A DNA stretch of 64,000 nucleotides from contig JBHGNT010000008.1 in the NCBI GenBank assembly GCA_043228905.1, positions 7,254,001 through 7,318,000 on the forward strand. The letters run 5' to 3'. A program made the position numbers and the translations under genes. The first letter of the stretch is position 1, and every line of letters starts with the position of its first letter. Shown piece by piece: positions 1 through 12,468 of the stretch. This DNA comes from Azolla caroliniana (taxonomy: Eukaryota > Plantae > Polypodiophyta). A model generated the notes under the pieces. That model was not told the DNA's origin. It did no database searches and worked only from the letters and a program-made list of their open reading frames with translations.

Positions 1-59
1 ATTTGTTCACATTGCCAGTCTGACAGCCTGATATCAGTGCAATGAGTGAGAACATTCAC
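1..59 (-). CDS. KDM3-like exon, partial (VNVLTHCTDIRLSDWQCEQ)
   Basis: TTTTCAG|GTGAATGTT acceptor; continues the JmjC motif. Confidence 0.88.
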   Translation of the reverse strand, partial: MNVLTHCTDIRLSDWQCEQ

Positions 60-3000
60 CTGAAAACATAATAGCATAAACTTAAGACAATAATGTTTGA
101 GCTTCAAGAAAGTTAAGAAAGATTTCCATATTTTTCTTGCATAATCTACTCAATGTTAAAGTATACTTACAGTATCTAACAAGTTACAATGCAGTTTTGT
201 TACAGAATCTCCGCATCCAAGCTCCTCTTCGACACCATATGCAATATAAGTCTTAGGTCCTAAGCTTCTTTTTGCAAGATTATTTGGAATCTTTGTAGTC
301 AAATTCAGCATTCCTCGAGTTGGATGTGTATAGTCATGGAAAGGCAAAGCACTAATAAATTCTGTACCATGTAATGGTAACCTTTCATGGAAAAAGTTTG
401 CAGGAGGGCAGTCCTTAAGCTCAAGCATTTGAGGCCAGCCATTTTCACGTATTCGGCCATCTTGATACCCTTTGAAAAACTGATGGATGTCAATCTCAAC
501 CTGAATTATATCAATATTTCATCATGCAAACAAAGTTATTTCATGATGGGAGAAGAAAAGCCATTATAGGCCTAAGAAAATATAAGTTGGTATAGTAAAT
601 CTATTAGTACCTCACTACAATCAAGGTGGTCAATAACCTTCACAATTTCTGTATCCTCATGAGGCTTGTGTTTTGTTATCTCTCTCCACATAACTGACGG
701 GTCCCAATTTAGTTCCTTATTTTTCTCTAGTACATCTCGCACAATCACAGGCTCACCATGAAGCCAATGCTTTTGAAAATGCTCAAAAGCATCTTTACCC
801 ATATCCAAAGCTGATGGATAGTAAATAAAATTGTCAGAGGAGTTACTTCTCTGAGCAGCTTGGTGTAGACATTTGCTATGATCAAATGGGCTAACGTTCT
901 CAGCTGAACATGACTGGTATGGCCCAGATGACTCAGACTGAATAAATATTTTGTTATCAATAGCAGCTTCAACATCTCTCACTAGGTTTGTGATCCAACC
1001 ATACTTAGCAGTTTGCCTCAAAACAGTTTTACGATGCCCACATCCAAGTGGGCAAGGAATACTTCCATCCTCATTAGCTTTCCATATTGCCAATTTTTCA
1101 TTTTGCACTTCAGTAATAAGATCAACACTCACTTGTTTACTGCCTAAGAGTTTGCCTTCACGAAGTTCTTGACAGCATGCTAAGCACAAATCATAATTAC
1201 AATCTGGACAACTCCTGTATAGATCCACAACTGATGTGTTGCAATAGTCACTGTAAAGAATAGAATCTGTTGGTCGGAAATTTATTTTTATTTTTATTTT
1301 ATTTTACCATGATTCTTTCAAGATACACATTAATTCAAAACTAGAAAGAAACAGCATGCCTTGAATGGAACTAAAAATATCTTCATCAAACAATTTCTAA
1401 AAACATAAAAAGGCTGGGTTATATACAGAAACAAACACACTCGTGAAAAAGCTGCAGATAAGTGAAACCTACGCAGTTCCTTTTGGCAATCCAGAAAGAA
1501 AGAAAGAACGAAATGTTAATATCTTCTAAGAGAAAAATTCACTCCTACAGTTACTTTGGAAGGACAGATTATTCACTTCTTTGTGAGTACCACGCCAATC
1601 ATACAACACTCAAGTGAACTGAGAAGATCAGATAGGGTGGGAGACCAAGAATAAAGATACCAGGTTGCAAAACTCCACCAGAGACAAATGACAGAGATCT
1701 GTGACCTGCAATAAGCAACAACTCCAAGAGAAGGCAGTTTATGCCAGGCTGATCCAATGGCTCTACTATACGGACTGTTCAAACCACCACCTCAATGGAT
1801 ACCAAGATCCATCACGAGTCCCACTATGAGTTGTCAATAGTGCTAGCTATATAGTCACATATATCATATGTGTGCATCATATAGCATATATAATAACACC
1901 TCATCATCCGAGACATCATCACTTAACATCATAAGACCATGTATGCAGGCAAACACAAACTGTACCCTGGATAACGATCATCTCTCTAAGGATGGATGTA
2001 TTGCATCATTGCATTTATTTATCTACATTATTTGTTTGTCCTTTAGATATCCACCCCTGTAACTCTGCATTGCCTCTTAGGAAGATTTCAGACTTTACAT
2101 GCTCACAGTTTATCTCATTGTTGATAATTTATTACAAGCAGCATCAGCATTGACAACATATATCATCGAATTTATTTCCATAGATTATTTTTCATTTATT
2201 GAGCATACCTAGAAGACCTTATTTCTTGAACATCTGAATTGTCCCATTGACCGATTTCAGCCTCTTGTAGATGTTAATAACTTTCTGCCGTCCTTCCTTT
2301 CTATTTTTACGGCCATGTAGTCATATGTACGAGGTTCTTGCCACTACCAATGCATTATTTCTTTTTTATTATCATCTAAATCTATAACTGTCACACCTAG
2401 GAAATGTACAACAATAGCAACCTGGAAACAATTGTCACACTAAATTTACCACAAACATATGCAGAACTTACCAATATAGAAGTTCATCTGGTTTCATCCT
2501 TGTCCTTTCAATGTCTACACCAGATATTCCTGCAGCTCATAATATAGGTTAAAAACTTGAATGAGATGAGAAAGTACAAAGCAACATTTGAACTTGGTCT
2601 TTCTGCTAACCTTGAAGTTTAGCCTCAAACTCAATTTCTTCACTTTGTTTTTTATCTAAGCTTTTTAGAAGTGGTAAGAGGAAAGACAGCATATAGCAAA
2701 GAGCTGATATCTTCTGTGATTTGGATGGCCTAACCCTTTCCTGCAGCCATTATAGTTCACATGATAACATGTTACATAGCAGATACAAAAATTTCATTTT
2801 TCAAAACATATCTACACAAATCCTTGGAGACAATCATATCCGACAAATTAAACATGATCTTTGAAAGTTGTTATCTGTAAGGTCAACATATACATGATTT
2901 CTGAAAGCCATTCTCTGTTATTTCATACAGATGTAATGCCCGACGACTGTGTTAAATACAATGGCATTACAAGTTTGATCATTGTCAAAACATGTGGAGA

Positions 3001-6000
3001 TAGTTTTGCACAATGACCTGTTTTCTACAATTACAAATAGTCAATCGTTAGCATTCATATTGTATTCATTCACTCTGATATTCATGGAATTGTGCTGTAG
3101 AAATTCTAAAGAAAAACAATTCTGAATCCATTAGTATGTATTCATATAGAAGGATAAGTAGGGCCATCACAATGAGTTTCATCAGTGGATGGGTTCAAAG
3201 GTCATGTAGGACCACTTTTGCCATTCAATATGTTCAACTGTTTTTTCTGATGTATGCATAAAGGTTTTTAAGCAGCTCCTTGTGATTTAAGGTGCCAATA
3301 AAGTCTTTTAGTGAGATAATGCAATGGTAATACAAACATCATCAGTTTGAGTCCCTAAGTAGTGAGGAACTTATAAAGACCTAAAAAGTATGGGTATAAT
3401 GAAAAGTGTCATATATTAATAGCCATCCTTGACCTTGCCACTCTCACATTCAAGAGTTCCCTGCCACCATTTGCAATGTGCTATGAGTGTCCAAATGCTT
3501 TTAGAAGAATGGAATGTCTCTGCCTCTTAAAACTGTGATCATACAGGCTTGAAGCCCCATATATTCAATCTGACTAGTAAATGATCACTCTCCTATTCAA
3601 ATAGAGAGGGACAGAGTAACTGTTAAAGTGTGTTGTATAGGGACTGAGTTGAATCAAATCATCTGGTTGTATAATGATGGAAATGATAGGATGTGGATGA
3701 ACCTAATTTGAAGCCCACTAGAGATATACGTATATTGTCGATATATTGTTCACTTTAACAACCTTTGAAGTTAAAATCATGAAACAAAAAATGATTTTCA
3801 TCAATTATAAATGCGGCAGCCAAGAATTCCTAAGTGGCAACAAGCAAATTAGGGTCATGGGCAAAGGCAACAGGTTAGGCACTTGACGGGCAAGATATAG
3901 GAATCAGGGCAATAGCATTTGAAGCAAGTTGGAGAAGTCAGCAGTCATGCAAGAAAGGGTTTGGAGAAGAGAATGTATGTTGAGGCAAAATAATGAAAGA
4001 ACTCAAAAAGAAAGGTAAAAGTAGAATAATGTTTCTCCTGCTTGTCAAAAAACTGATAGGTGCCAACTCTAAGAGCTAGCAATAGCCCGATGTGGGAAAT
4101 GACTATGGAAGAAAGTATCAGTAAATGAAAACGTAGAAGAATGTTCTTCGCTTGTCAAAAATATAATGAATGCCAACTCTAAGAGTGGCAATAGCCCAAA
4201 GTGCGAACCTCAATGCAAACCCACTGTCCTCTGAGGCAGAGCTAATAACAGCAAGTTCTGCATGTCATATCACTGCACAAGGAAAGCTAAATTTATATGA
4301 CTCATCCTCTGCCAATAAGGGCTGGTTGTTTTATTTGGTCTAACATTTTTGGCAATAGGCTATGGCATCTTTGTCATTCCTCTGACATGATGACGAAACT
4401 TCTTGTCCTTGTCCTTGTTCCTCATCTTCTCACCAAACGATGAAGTTGCCTCCAGTAAGGGTCCTATGGATGCAATAGATAGGCCTTCATTGCAATTTTA
4501 AAGGTTGTCAGATGAAAATTAGTTTATACTACTCACATACAACTGCACACTCTCTTCCATAAAATAAAACAAATGCTCATGATGGATTAAAGCTTCATGC
4601 ATGACAGAATGATGGGTGTAGGTTTATTTGCCTACTATCTTCAACTATGCCACAATGCTAACTACATAAAGCACGCCCATGTTTGATCAAAGCTCCGTGC
4701 AGGACATAGAGATGGTGCAGGTTTATTTAGACTATTTTCTTCAACTACACCATGATGCTACTACATAAAGAATACCCATGTTTGATCAAAGCTCCGATGT
4801 TGCTGGTTTATTTTGAATATTGTCTTCAAATATGCCACGATGCCAACTACATAAAGAATACCATATGCATTACTTCAACTCATGCCAGTAGAAATCTCTC
4901 ATTAAAATGGCTCTCCCACATGAATTGTATCCAACTTACATACATCACAAAGTAGACATTACTTTACAATTATTGCAGCTAGTGTATCTTCATACCATTG
5001 AATTTGAATTGCCAAAAGCAGATTCCTTCACATTTCTCGTAGAGTCACCATAAGTGTCTTTGATTCTCCTTCCTGAATCATCTGTTTTGGGGCTGCTCTT
5101 CATTCTACCATCATCTTCCTTTTCTTTCACTAGATCTTTAGAATTATCTCTGATCTTCTTTTCTGTTTCATATTTTTTCGCAATATCATTTCTCGCCTTT
5201 TTAATTTGTTTGATTGCCCTGTGTTGATCCTGAAGTTTTCGCTTTGTATTTCTCTCAAAGTGCTGCTCACTGTTTACCTTCATCTTCCTTTTTGATTCCT
5301 TTCCATCATGTTCGTCCTTAAATCTTACCTTCCTCTCAAAATCATCCACCTTTTCTTTTCCATTCTTCTTGTACTGGTCATCTGTGTTTGCCATAATCTT
5401 CCTCTCAAAACTGTCAGTGTTTTCACTGCTCTTCGTCTCAAAATTATCAATCTTTTCTTTTAGTTTCTTCTGGTGCTGACTATGAGAATTTGCTCTAATC
5501 TTCCTCTCCAAAATATCCACACTCCCGCTAGACCTCTCAAAAACATCTGCATTCTTCTTCAGTTTGCCCACAAATTCATGTGTGTCCTTTTCATTCCCCT
5601 CAAGGATATCAGCTTTCTCCCTCATTTTCCTCTCAAATCCATGTGTGTAATCTTTTACATTTTCTTCAGAACCATCTTCACCATCACGATCCCTTTCCAA
5701 TATTTCCACTTGTCCTATTGCAACAGCTTTTTTAAGCTTGCCAGCCCTCTTGTTGATCTTTTTGTACCTGGAATGATTACCCTGCTCAGTAGAGGCAGCT
5801 TTTGGATGCTTCACAGGTAGAAACGGCAAAGACTTTATTTCTTTACTATGCTTTGAAAGTGGGCTATTGGATTGGGAGTCAGAATCATGAGATTCAGATT
5901 CATTATCACCAACAATAGCCGTCTTATTTTTCCTTGAAACCCCTCCTTTCGCTGCCTTCTTTAGCACTTTCGAGGAATCCTTAGGATTTTTTTTAGGTCG

Positions 6001-7131
6001 AGGCAAAGGTTTGACACCTTTACTATGATTTGAAGATGGGTTAATGGATGGCGAGTTGCAATCTGGTTCAGTATCATCATAAGGCTCAGATCCATTACCG
6101 CTAGAAACTGCCTTCCTATCTTTCATTGGAAGTTCTCTTGTGGCCACCTTTTTAAGCATTTTAGAGTCATCCTTTGTATGTTCCCTAGGCACAGGGAAAC
6201 ACTTTACATCTTTATTGTGCTCTGAAGTTGGGCTATCAGATGGGGACAAAGATTCCAGATGGTTATCATCATCAAACTCAGATTCACTTTCACTAGAAAC
6301 TGTTTTCTTATGCTTGCTTGGAAGCCCCCCTTTGGCTACCTTCTTACGCACTTTGGAAGCATCCTTTGGATGTTTGGTAGATAGAGACGAAGGCTTTAAA
6401 GATTGACCATCAAATGGGGAGTCAGACTCTAATTTATTATCATCAGACTCAGATTCCTCATCACTAGGAAGTGTCTGCTTAACTCTCTTTAGACGCTCTC
6501 CTTTGGCCACCATCTTAACTACTTTAGAGGCATCATTTGGATGCTGCTCTAGTAGAGATGAAGGCTTTACATTTTTGCTATGCCTTGAAGATGAGCCATC
6601 AGCTGGGAAGTCAGAATCTGATTCGTTATCTTCATCAGATGCAGATTCTTTATCACTAGAAAGTACCTCATCTTTCCTTCGAAGTTCTCCTTTGACCGCC
6701 TTCTTGCTCACTCTAGAGGCATGTTTTGGATTCTTCATTGGTAGAGGCAAAGGCTTTACATCTTTACTATGCTTTGGCGGCAGGCTATGCAGTGGGGGAT
6801 CAGAATCTTGTTCAGTATCATCATGAGACTCGGATTTGTTATCACAAGAAACCAACTTCTTATCTTTCCTTGGAAGCTCTCCTTTGGCTGCTTTCTTAAG
6901 CAGTTTATTATTTGCCTTTTCTTCTCCTTTTAAACGTTTGGTTGATGGTTGCTTCAAAGCAGCAATAGCTTGCCTCTTTTTCGCCTGAACAATGTGCTTT
7001 TCACACATGCCTTTGCCCTCGGCAGATCGTGCACTGCATCGCCATGACTTTCCATCAGATCTTTTGCAACGAAATTCATCAGGAATTACATCAGCTGCAG
7101 CTTGTTTGCTTCCTTTCCGTTTTCCACCCAT
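1..7131 (-). CDS. KDM3/JHDM2-family (JMJ24-29-like) JmjC-domain protein with N-terminal WRC domain; spliced, 3' end runs off the window
   Basis: Exons with GT/AG borders and compatible phases: 7131-4996, 2740-2611, 2529-2472, 1250-611, 500-171, 59-1. Motifs: WRC (RCKRSDGKSWRC..MCEKH), YCDYCNTSVVDLYRSCPDCNYDLCLACC, HFQKHWLHGEPVIVRDV, GWPQMLELKDCPP, LGPKTYIAYG, TKLHCNLLDT|VNVLTH. Confidence 0.93.
171..500 (-). CDS. KDM3-like exon, N-terminal half of JmjC domain
   Basis: TTCAG|GTTGAG acceptor, ACT|GTAAG donor; VEIDIHQFFKGY...TKLHCNLLDT. Confidence 0.93.
611..1250 (-). CDS. KDM3-like exon, Cys-rich zinc finger and pre-JmjC region
   Basis: TTACAG| acceptor, GAG|GTACT donor; overlaps ORF 572..1228. 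Confidence 0.92.
2472..2529 (-). CDS. KDM3-like small exon (GISGVDIERTRMKPDELLYC)
   Basis: CTGCAG| acceptor, |GTAAG donor, phases fit both neighbours. Confidence 0.87.
2611..2740 (-). CDS. KDM3-like internal exon (ERVRP...YMLSFLLPLLKSLDKKQSEEIEFEAKLQG)
   Basis: CTGCAG| acceptor, |GTTAG donor; matches the conserved post-RING helix of plant KDM3 proteins. Confidence 0.88.
4028..4197. repeat. Diverged intronic direct repeat, 2 copies (~110-bp period)
   Basis: cttgtcaaaaa...tgccaactctaagag...gcaatagccc occurs twice. Confidence 0.7.
4340..4463 (-). pseudogene. Decayed RING-finger exon relic inside intron
   Basis: Reads KKFRH(1-nt frameshift)CQRNDKDAIAYCQKC* versus family consensus CHQCQRNDK..V..C.KC; candidate acceptor CCATAG| at 4464. 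Confidence 0.7.
4612..4866. repeat. Intronic tandem repeat, ~3 copies (~85-100 bp)
   Basis: ggtttattt...tcttcaa...ctacataaag...ccatgtttgatcaaagctccg recurs. Confidence 0.75.
4996..7131 (-). CDS. First coding exon of KDM3-like gene (WRC domain plus K/S/D-rich repeats)
   Basis: 713-aa ORF; donor ATG|GTATGA at 4996/4995; exon acceptor TTTCAG| at 7216/7215. Confidence 0.9.
5791..6897 (-). repeat. Six ~57-64-aa tandem coding repeats (KKxAKG...acidic/Ser...KHSKxVKP...HPKxASK)
   Basis: Visible by aligning the 713-aa ORF to itself. Confidence 0.85.
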
Positions 7132-7993
7132 CCCCCCAAGCCTTTTTCTGTGTACTAATCAATCTGTTTTGATGAGAAAAAACTTGATCGATCTCTCAAA
7201 AATGATCCAGAGCATCTGAAAGCACAATAAAAACATCATGAATACATGTTACATCATGGAGTTCAGAGTAAAATCAGATAAAAAGTTTCATGTCAAGATA
7301 TCCATGGGAGTAAGAAACAGTTTAGTACCATTTTATGTAGCAAATCAAAGAAACTGTTTTATATCAAGAAATTCCTGTAACAAATCAAAGGAACAGTTTT
7401 GTAATCATGAAATTCCTGTAACAAAGCAGAGAAACAAGTTTTGCTGCATGAAATCTCTATAGCAAAAGAGAAAAACTATTTTTCCTCATGAGAATCATAG
7501 CAAAAGAGAAACAGGTTTTGCATCATAAATTCCCAACCCAAATCAGTTAAGCAGTTTTATATCGTAAGCAGAGAGCATGGGTGAAGCATGAAAGGACAAC
7601 CATATATATTCTGTATTCTAGTTTTGTATCGTGAAACATCAAATTCACAGAAAATCTGAGAAAAATTTGTATCAAGAAATGCATAACTTATCAAGAAGAT
7701 ATTTTTACCATGGAAACCATAAACTGTTTTGAGAAATGAAAATCATAGCGAAAATGCCAAGCAAGCATTTCATATCCATGGAAAATCACAGAAATAGTTT
7801 CGTACCATGAATTTCGTAGCAAATTAAAACGACATTTTGCTACAACGAATTGGACGAGATGCCGGCAGTGCTACTAAAGGGCTGAGTTGAGTGAGAAAGA
7901 ATTTCTACTAATTAGATCAATGAAACAGTCGCTTCAAACACATCAGAAACTCCTGCACAGAGAGAGGAAGAGAGGGAGAGTGACAGAAAATAC

Positions 7994-8100
7994 CTGCAGA
8001 TCATCTCCTTCTTATTGAAGCCAGAGCATGGATAATGGTGACGATGATGATGATGCGTCAATCTCATTCTCTGTCTCCTGATTTTCTTTCGATCTGTTTG
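7994..8100 (-). other. Putative non-coding 5'UTR exon of KDM3-like gene (upstream border approximate)
   Basis: CTGCAG|GTATTT donor at 7994/7993 followed by CT-rich intron start; pairs with acceptor at 7216. Confidence 0.6.
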
Positions 8101-8115
8101 TGCATTGCCTGCAAG

Positions 8116-8160
8116 TTCAGGGTTAGGGTTAGGGTTAGGGTTAGGGTTAGGGTTAAGGTT
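8116..8160 (+). repeat. Interstitial (TTAGGG)n tract, 5 perfect plus 2 variant units; telo-box-like array at gene 5' end
   Basis: ttcaggg(ttaggg)5ttaaggtt. Confidence 0.9.
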
Positions 8161-8163
8161 TTG

Positions 8164-8287
8164 TCTGTGTAAAAGGTGTGTGATTCAATGACATAATCTC
8201 AAAGTTGAGAATTATGGTTTTGAAGACATCTACTTGATCTCTGTGTAAAAGGTGTGTGATTCAATGGCGATGATCTCAAAGTTGAAT
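8164..8287. repeat. Two-copy ~76-bp direct repeat in promoter region
   Basis: tctgtgtaaaaggtgtgtgattcaatg...atctcaaagttga occurs twice. Confidence 0.8.
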
Positions 8288-9729
8288 TTTATGTTTGGAT
8301 GTTCTGTTCCCGCAAGTGAGAGGGCGAGCGGGCGAGCAGGTGGACGTGGAGCCAGGCCGGTTGGCCGATGGGCGGGCGAGCGGGTGGGCGGGGAGCCATG
8401 AGAGCGGGCGGTCGACGAACGGACGGGCGGGCGGGTGGCACTCTCAAGTCATGCGTCCACTGCCACATGTGACTTCGGTAGGAGGGGCCATAAACAATCT
8501 ATGTGGCTTAGATTTCAAGCACTTCCGAAGGCGGCCCCCACGAAATTGGCCATATGTACATGCCTTGCCCCATCCAAACACACGAAATCCATTGTCCTGT
8601 GATCGTACCTCTCTACCACAAAGTGCGCAAGTTTTTATTTGTTTATCGATGTTTGTTTTGCTTGATGATGGTTGTCCATATCTTCCCCAAAACCATGTCC
8701 ACTTGCAAGAACAACAAACACTCTAAAGCTTGGTTCAAAAGCAGCACGAGGAATTTGAACTACATTTCTCTTTGGCATACGAGATTTCTAAACCTTGTCC
8801 CGTTTCTATACCTTGGAATCTGCCATCCCTTTCTTGCGACATGAACATATGCTTTTTTGTTTGAATGTTATTGTTCATTGTTGGCAATGCGGCATCCTCT
8901 TATTGTCCCACCTAATTCCCATGTTTTTACGAGATTGGTTATGTTAGTACCTCCTAAGACTTGCCTCTTTGGCCAAGTTTTGATTCTCTTTTGAATGTCA
9001 TTCCTAATCGTTATCAATGCCTCACCCTCTTCCCACCAAACAACATTTCATATGTATTTGAATCAAGTGATCCGTACACCTCCATCTCAAAGTTTACCTA
9101 CTTCTTGATTGGTGTGTATGAATGAGCATTTGATTTTCATCTTTACTTAACAATACCTATTGTTCAATTACACTCGTATGTTTTTATAGGAAACCCTTGT
9201 GTCATTTAATCGTCTCCTTGCATAAGGGAGAAACTCTCGTATCTACACAATATGGAAGCCCCTCGCACCTCTACCTCGAAATCTACTTGCTCATACAACA
9301 AACATGTTATTCTTGTTTCGATACCCTATGTTCAAATACTCGATGTTTTGCTTAAAGGATTTTTTCAAAGTATTCTCAAAGTTTAGAAAACTATCAAGTG
9401 CTCTCTTTATGGTGGAATATTTCTTACAGCAATGGCATGAGTTGATTGTATGTCTTCAAGGTTCCTTGTCGACTGATAATTGGTGCAACAATCTTCCTTT
9501 CCAAAACTTTACAACTCCTTTCAATGTATCGTAACAATACGACTCACACAAGATGGCTAGTTCCCCAAAATATAACTTGCTACAGGGCGGAAAAACCTTT
9601 CATTATATAATAGCTCCGCTATCGCATGAATTGAGTTTGTTCAATAATTGGCAAAAAAACCTAGTGCTTTCCCTAAACCTAAACCACGACCCTTTATTAA
9701 TCCCCCTAAACATCCTTTTGCACCTACAT

Positions 9730-10179
9730 TGTTACGGGCACGACCATATATTATCCTGTGGTGAGAATTTACCATAGTATTCTATACACATGGATAAGTG
9801 TGAGGGTTAAACAAGAGTGTAAAGAAGGGGAGGATTACTTTTAATCCTCGGGATTGAGACAACCCATTAGGCCAAGTGTGAACTTGCCTGAGGGCCTTGG
9901 GTATCGCTATAAATATGAGGCCTAGCTACCCTCATTTCATCATATCTTGACTACGTCGAGACTCTGTTTCGTGGTGGGTCAACTCTTGTAGCGAGTGCGC
10001 CAGCACCAGGTATGACTCGACGCCACGACGGTGGTATGGGACGCCAATCGAGGCTTGAGTCTGTCTCGATCCCTTCGCTCGGGGGTGGTCGGGTGGATCG
10101 ACACCCTACTTTCCCTCTCCTTTCTATCTATCTATCTTTTATCCTTATCATATGCTTACTTTAGATCATAACTCTAACA
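9730..10179 (+). mobile_element. Solo LTR
   Basis: TGTTA...TAACA termini, near-TSD TACAT/TACAC, internal TATAAAT. Confidence 0.6.
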
Positions 10180-12468
10180 TACACTAGGACAAATATGGCC
10201 GACTAGCATATTGTAGACCTTTTGTGATGGATATGTGTCGAATACAGGCAATAATGGAAGTATTCACACTGCCCTATTTGGACATACTAGGTTTTAGGCT
10301 ATTTATGTATATAGTGGAAAGGGCAATTGCCCTAAGTTAGTTGTTATTTAAACTGACTCTTGTAACCTACTTGTAGTGGTTCCAAAAGTTGATATCAGAA
10401 TTTGGTGTCTTTGATTCTACAACCAGTCGTCCTCTGCCTGCATCAACGCCTCTTCTTTTTTACTTATTGAATATCCTTTCTGGTACAACAGATTCTACGA
10501 TTTCAGTCCAGCTGAAATCCTTCGTTTGGCAACTCCATACAAGATCACTTTCTACGAAGAGAAACACTTGAAAAGTTCGCATTCCACTATTCTAAATCAT
10601 TGCCAAAAGAAGCCAGTCAGTTGTACTTTGCTTTCTGTGATTGTAGCCGCTCGGAGTGGGACTCTTTCATTGAATAGGCCATTTCGGCTAAGCAGTAGAC
10701 CCAACACAACTAACGAGCAATCCTATGTTAATAATGAGCCAAACTCCGCGATAGAGAGGTTCAATTTTCGGGAGGATTTATCCATCTGTAATGAGAATGA
10801 CATTGATAAGAGTATAAACAGAAATGTCTCCAGGTTATATTTTAATGACGAGTGAAGCAATTGTGTGCTTCATCCAATTAGGCAACAATTGAATAGGTCA
10901 TTCAACGTTGTTCACACGCTCGCCATAACCACTCAAAGTAAAGTCAGCCCCAGGAACAAACCCCATCCGCACTTCATTTGGTCAGATGACATTCAAAAAG
11001 ACCAGTCGGATCTGTTCCTCTCATCGTTGTAGTCACCCGAAGCAGGATCAGCATGGAGATCAATACAATCTACACATAATCTGTGATCGACCCTTTGATA
11101 TCGACAATCGGAATAGGAAAAGTAGTTAAATGTGCTCAATTCGGTTAGGTGATATTCAAGAAGACCAGTTGGCTTTGTCCCTCGACTCATCGTAGATACT
11201 TTGAGCAACTTTAGTACCCAACTACCATCCTAAATCCAATCAACTAATCAATCGGCCAATTCGGGTTAAATTTGACTAGGGTGATTGGTTGTAGTCACTC
11301 CGGATCGAACACGTTGACATTTGAATCCGTTTCGGCTCGTGTTCAAACTCTTCTAGAACGAATTTGGGTGACCCAGTCGGTTATACCCAACCACTGTTCA
11401 CAGCTAACTCTGAACAGAGCCTCCCAAAATTGACGCGGATGACATCAACATCCCGCTCATCAGAGATGAGTCTACGGAAGTTCGACGAATCGAACTTCAA
11501 TTTCTGGAAGGAGCAAATGCAAGACTATCTAATAGTCAATGGTCAAATCGACCTAATCGGGACTGAAAATGCTCTAGAAGGATACAAGCCGAATGAGTGG
11601 ACGAAGTTGGACCGAATTGCCCGTGACACCATTCGGAGTTTGTGTACTTCCCAATGCAATCATGTTTGATTGCCTTCCAACTATGAAATACACTCTCAGA
11701 CACTTATGAAAAGAAGGTTGCCGCAACAAATAGGTACTTGATCCGGCACCTCTATAGTCTTCATATGAAAGAATATGTGTCGGTCCAGGCACACCTCAAC
11801 GAGTACGAAAGCCTAAGCTCCCAAAATTTGGCTAAGGGGACGACAATTGAAGACGAATTAAAAGCAATATTGCTAATGAGTAGTCTCCCACCTTCATGGG
11901 AAACTTTTGTCACAACTGTGTGCAATGTTGAACTGTTGTTGTGAAGTACTCCAAAGTCACGAGCTCAATCTTGACGGAAGCTGCTCAAAGGAAATCGTTT
12001 GCAAATGATTCAGTCAGTGATGCCTACATAGTACAAGGTTCGACTAACCGACCGAATAGTCGAGGAAGAAGTTCTTCTTAACCGTTGAACAATGTGTGAA
12101 GCCAGAGCAAGTCTCGAGACAAACGAACCTGCAACTACTGCAAGAAACCCAAACATATCAAGGCTGACTATTGCACCCTCAAAAGCCCGAAACAATAAAG
12201 CTTAGAGAGTCGATCACAAAAGGCATATGGCAAAAGGAGGTCAACTTTGTCGGCTCATCGGCCAAAGTCATGACAAACGACTCAAATATATTGTATATCG
12301 AGAACCTAGTGTCATGATGACACTTACATACGATTTGGGTTTACAAGGAATCGTAACCCACAACCTTGTTATATACGTGTCAAATTCTTAACCATTGTAA
12401 TGATATATTTACGTGTAAAGAATTTATAAACTATATGGAATATCATAAAATATTCTAGAGTACTCTAT

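Noticed and set aside
1550-2060. Possible LTR/PBS fragment in intron (minus strand TGGTATC near 1797-1804)
   Set aside because: No TSD, paired termini or coding remnant identified.
3018-3095. Possible second RING exon (minus strand ...ICNCRKQ)
   Set aside because: In-frame stop just upstream and wrong Cys spacing; too weak to call, though it may be a further relic.
8116-8160. True telomere or chromosome end
   Set aside because: Only ~45 bp long and flanked on both sides by non-telomeric sequence.
8295-8844. ORFs 8295-8726 and 8554-8844 as a divergent gene
   Set aside because: No recognisable domain; the first is driven by a low-complexity GC repeat.
8950-9700. Very old gypsy RNase H remnant (minus strand RKYSTIKR...)
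   Set aside because: A single short motif with no boundaries; cannot be supported without a profile search.
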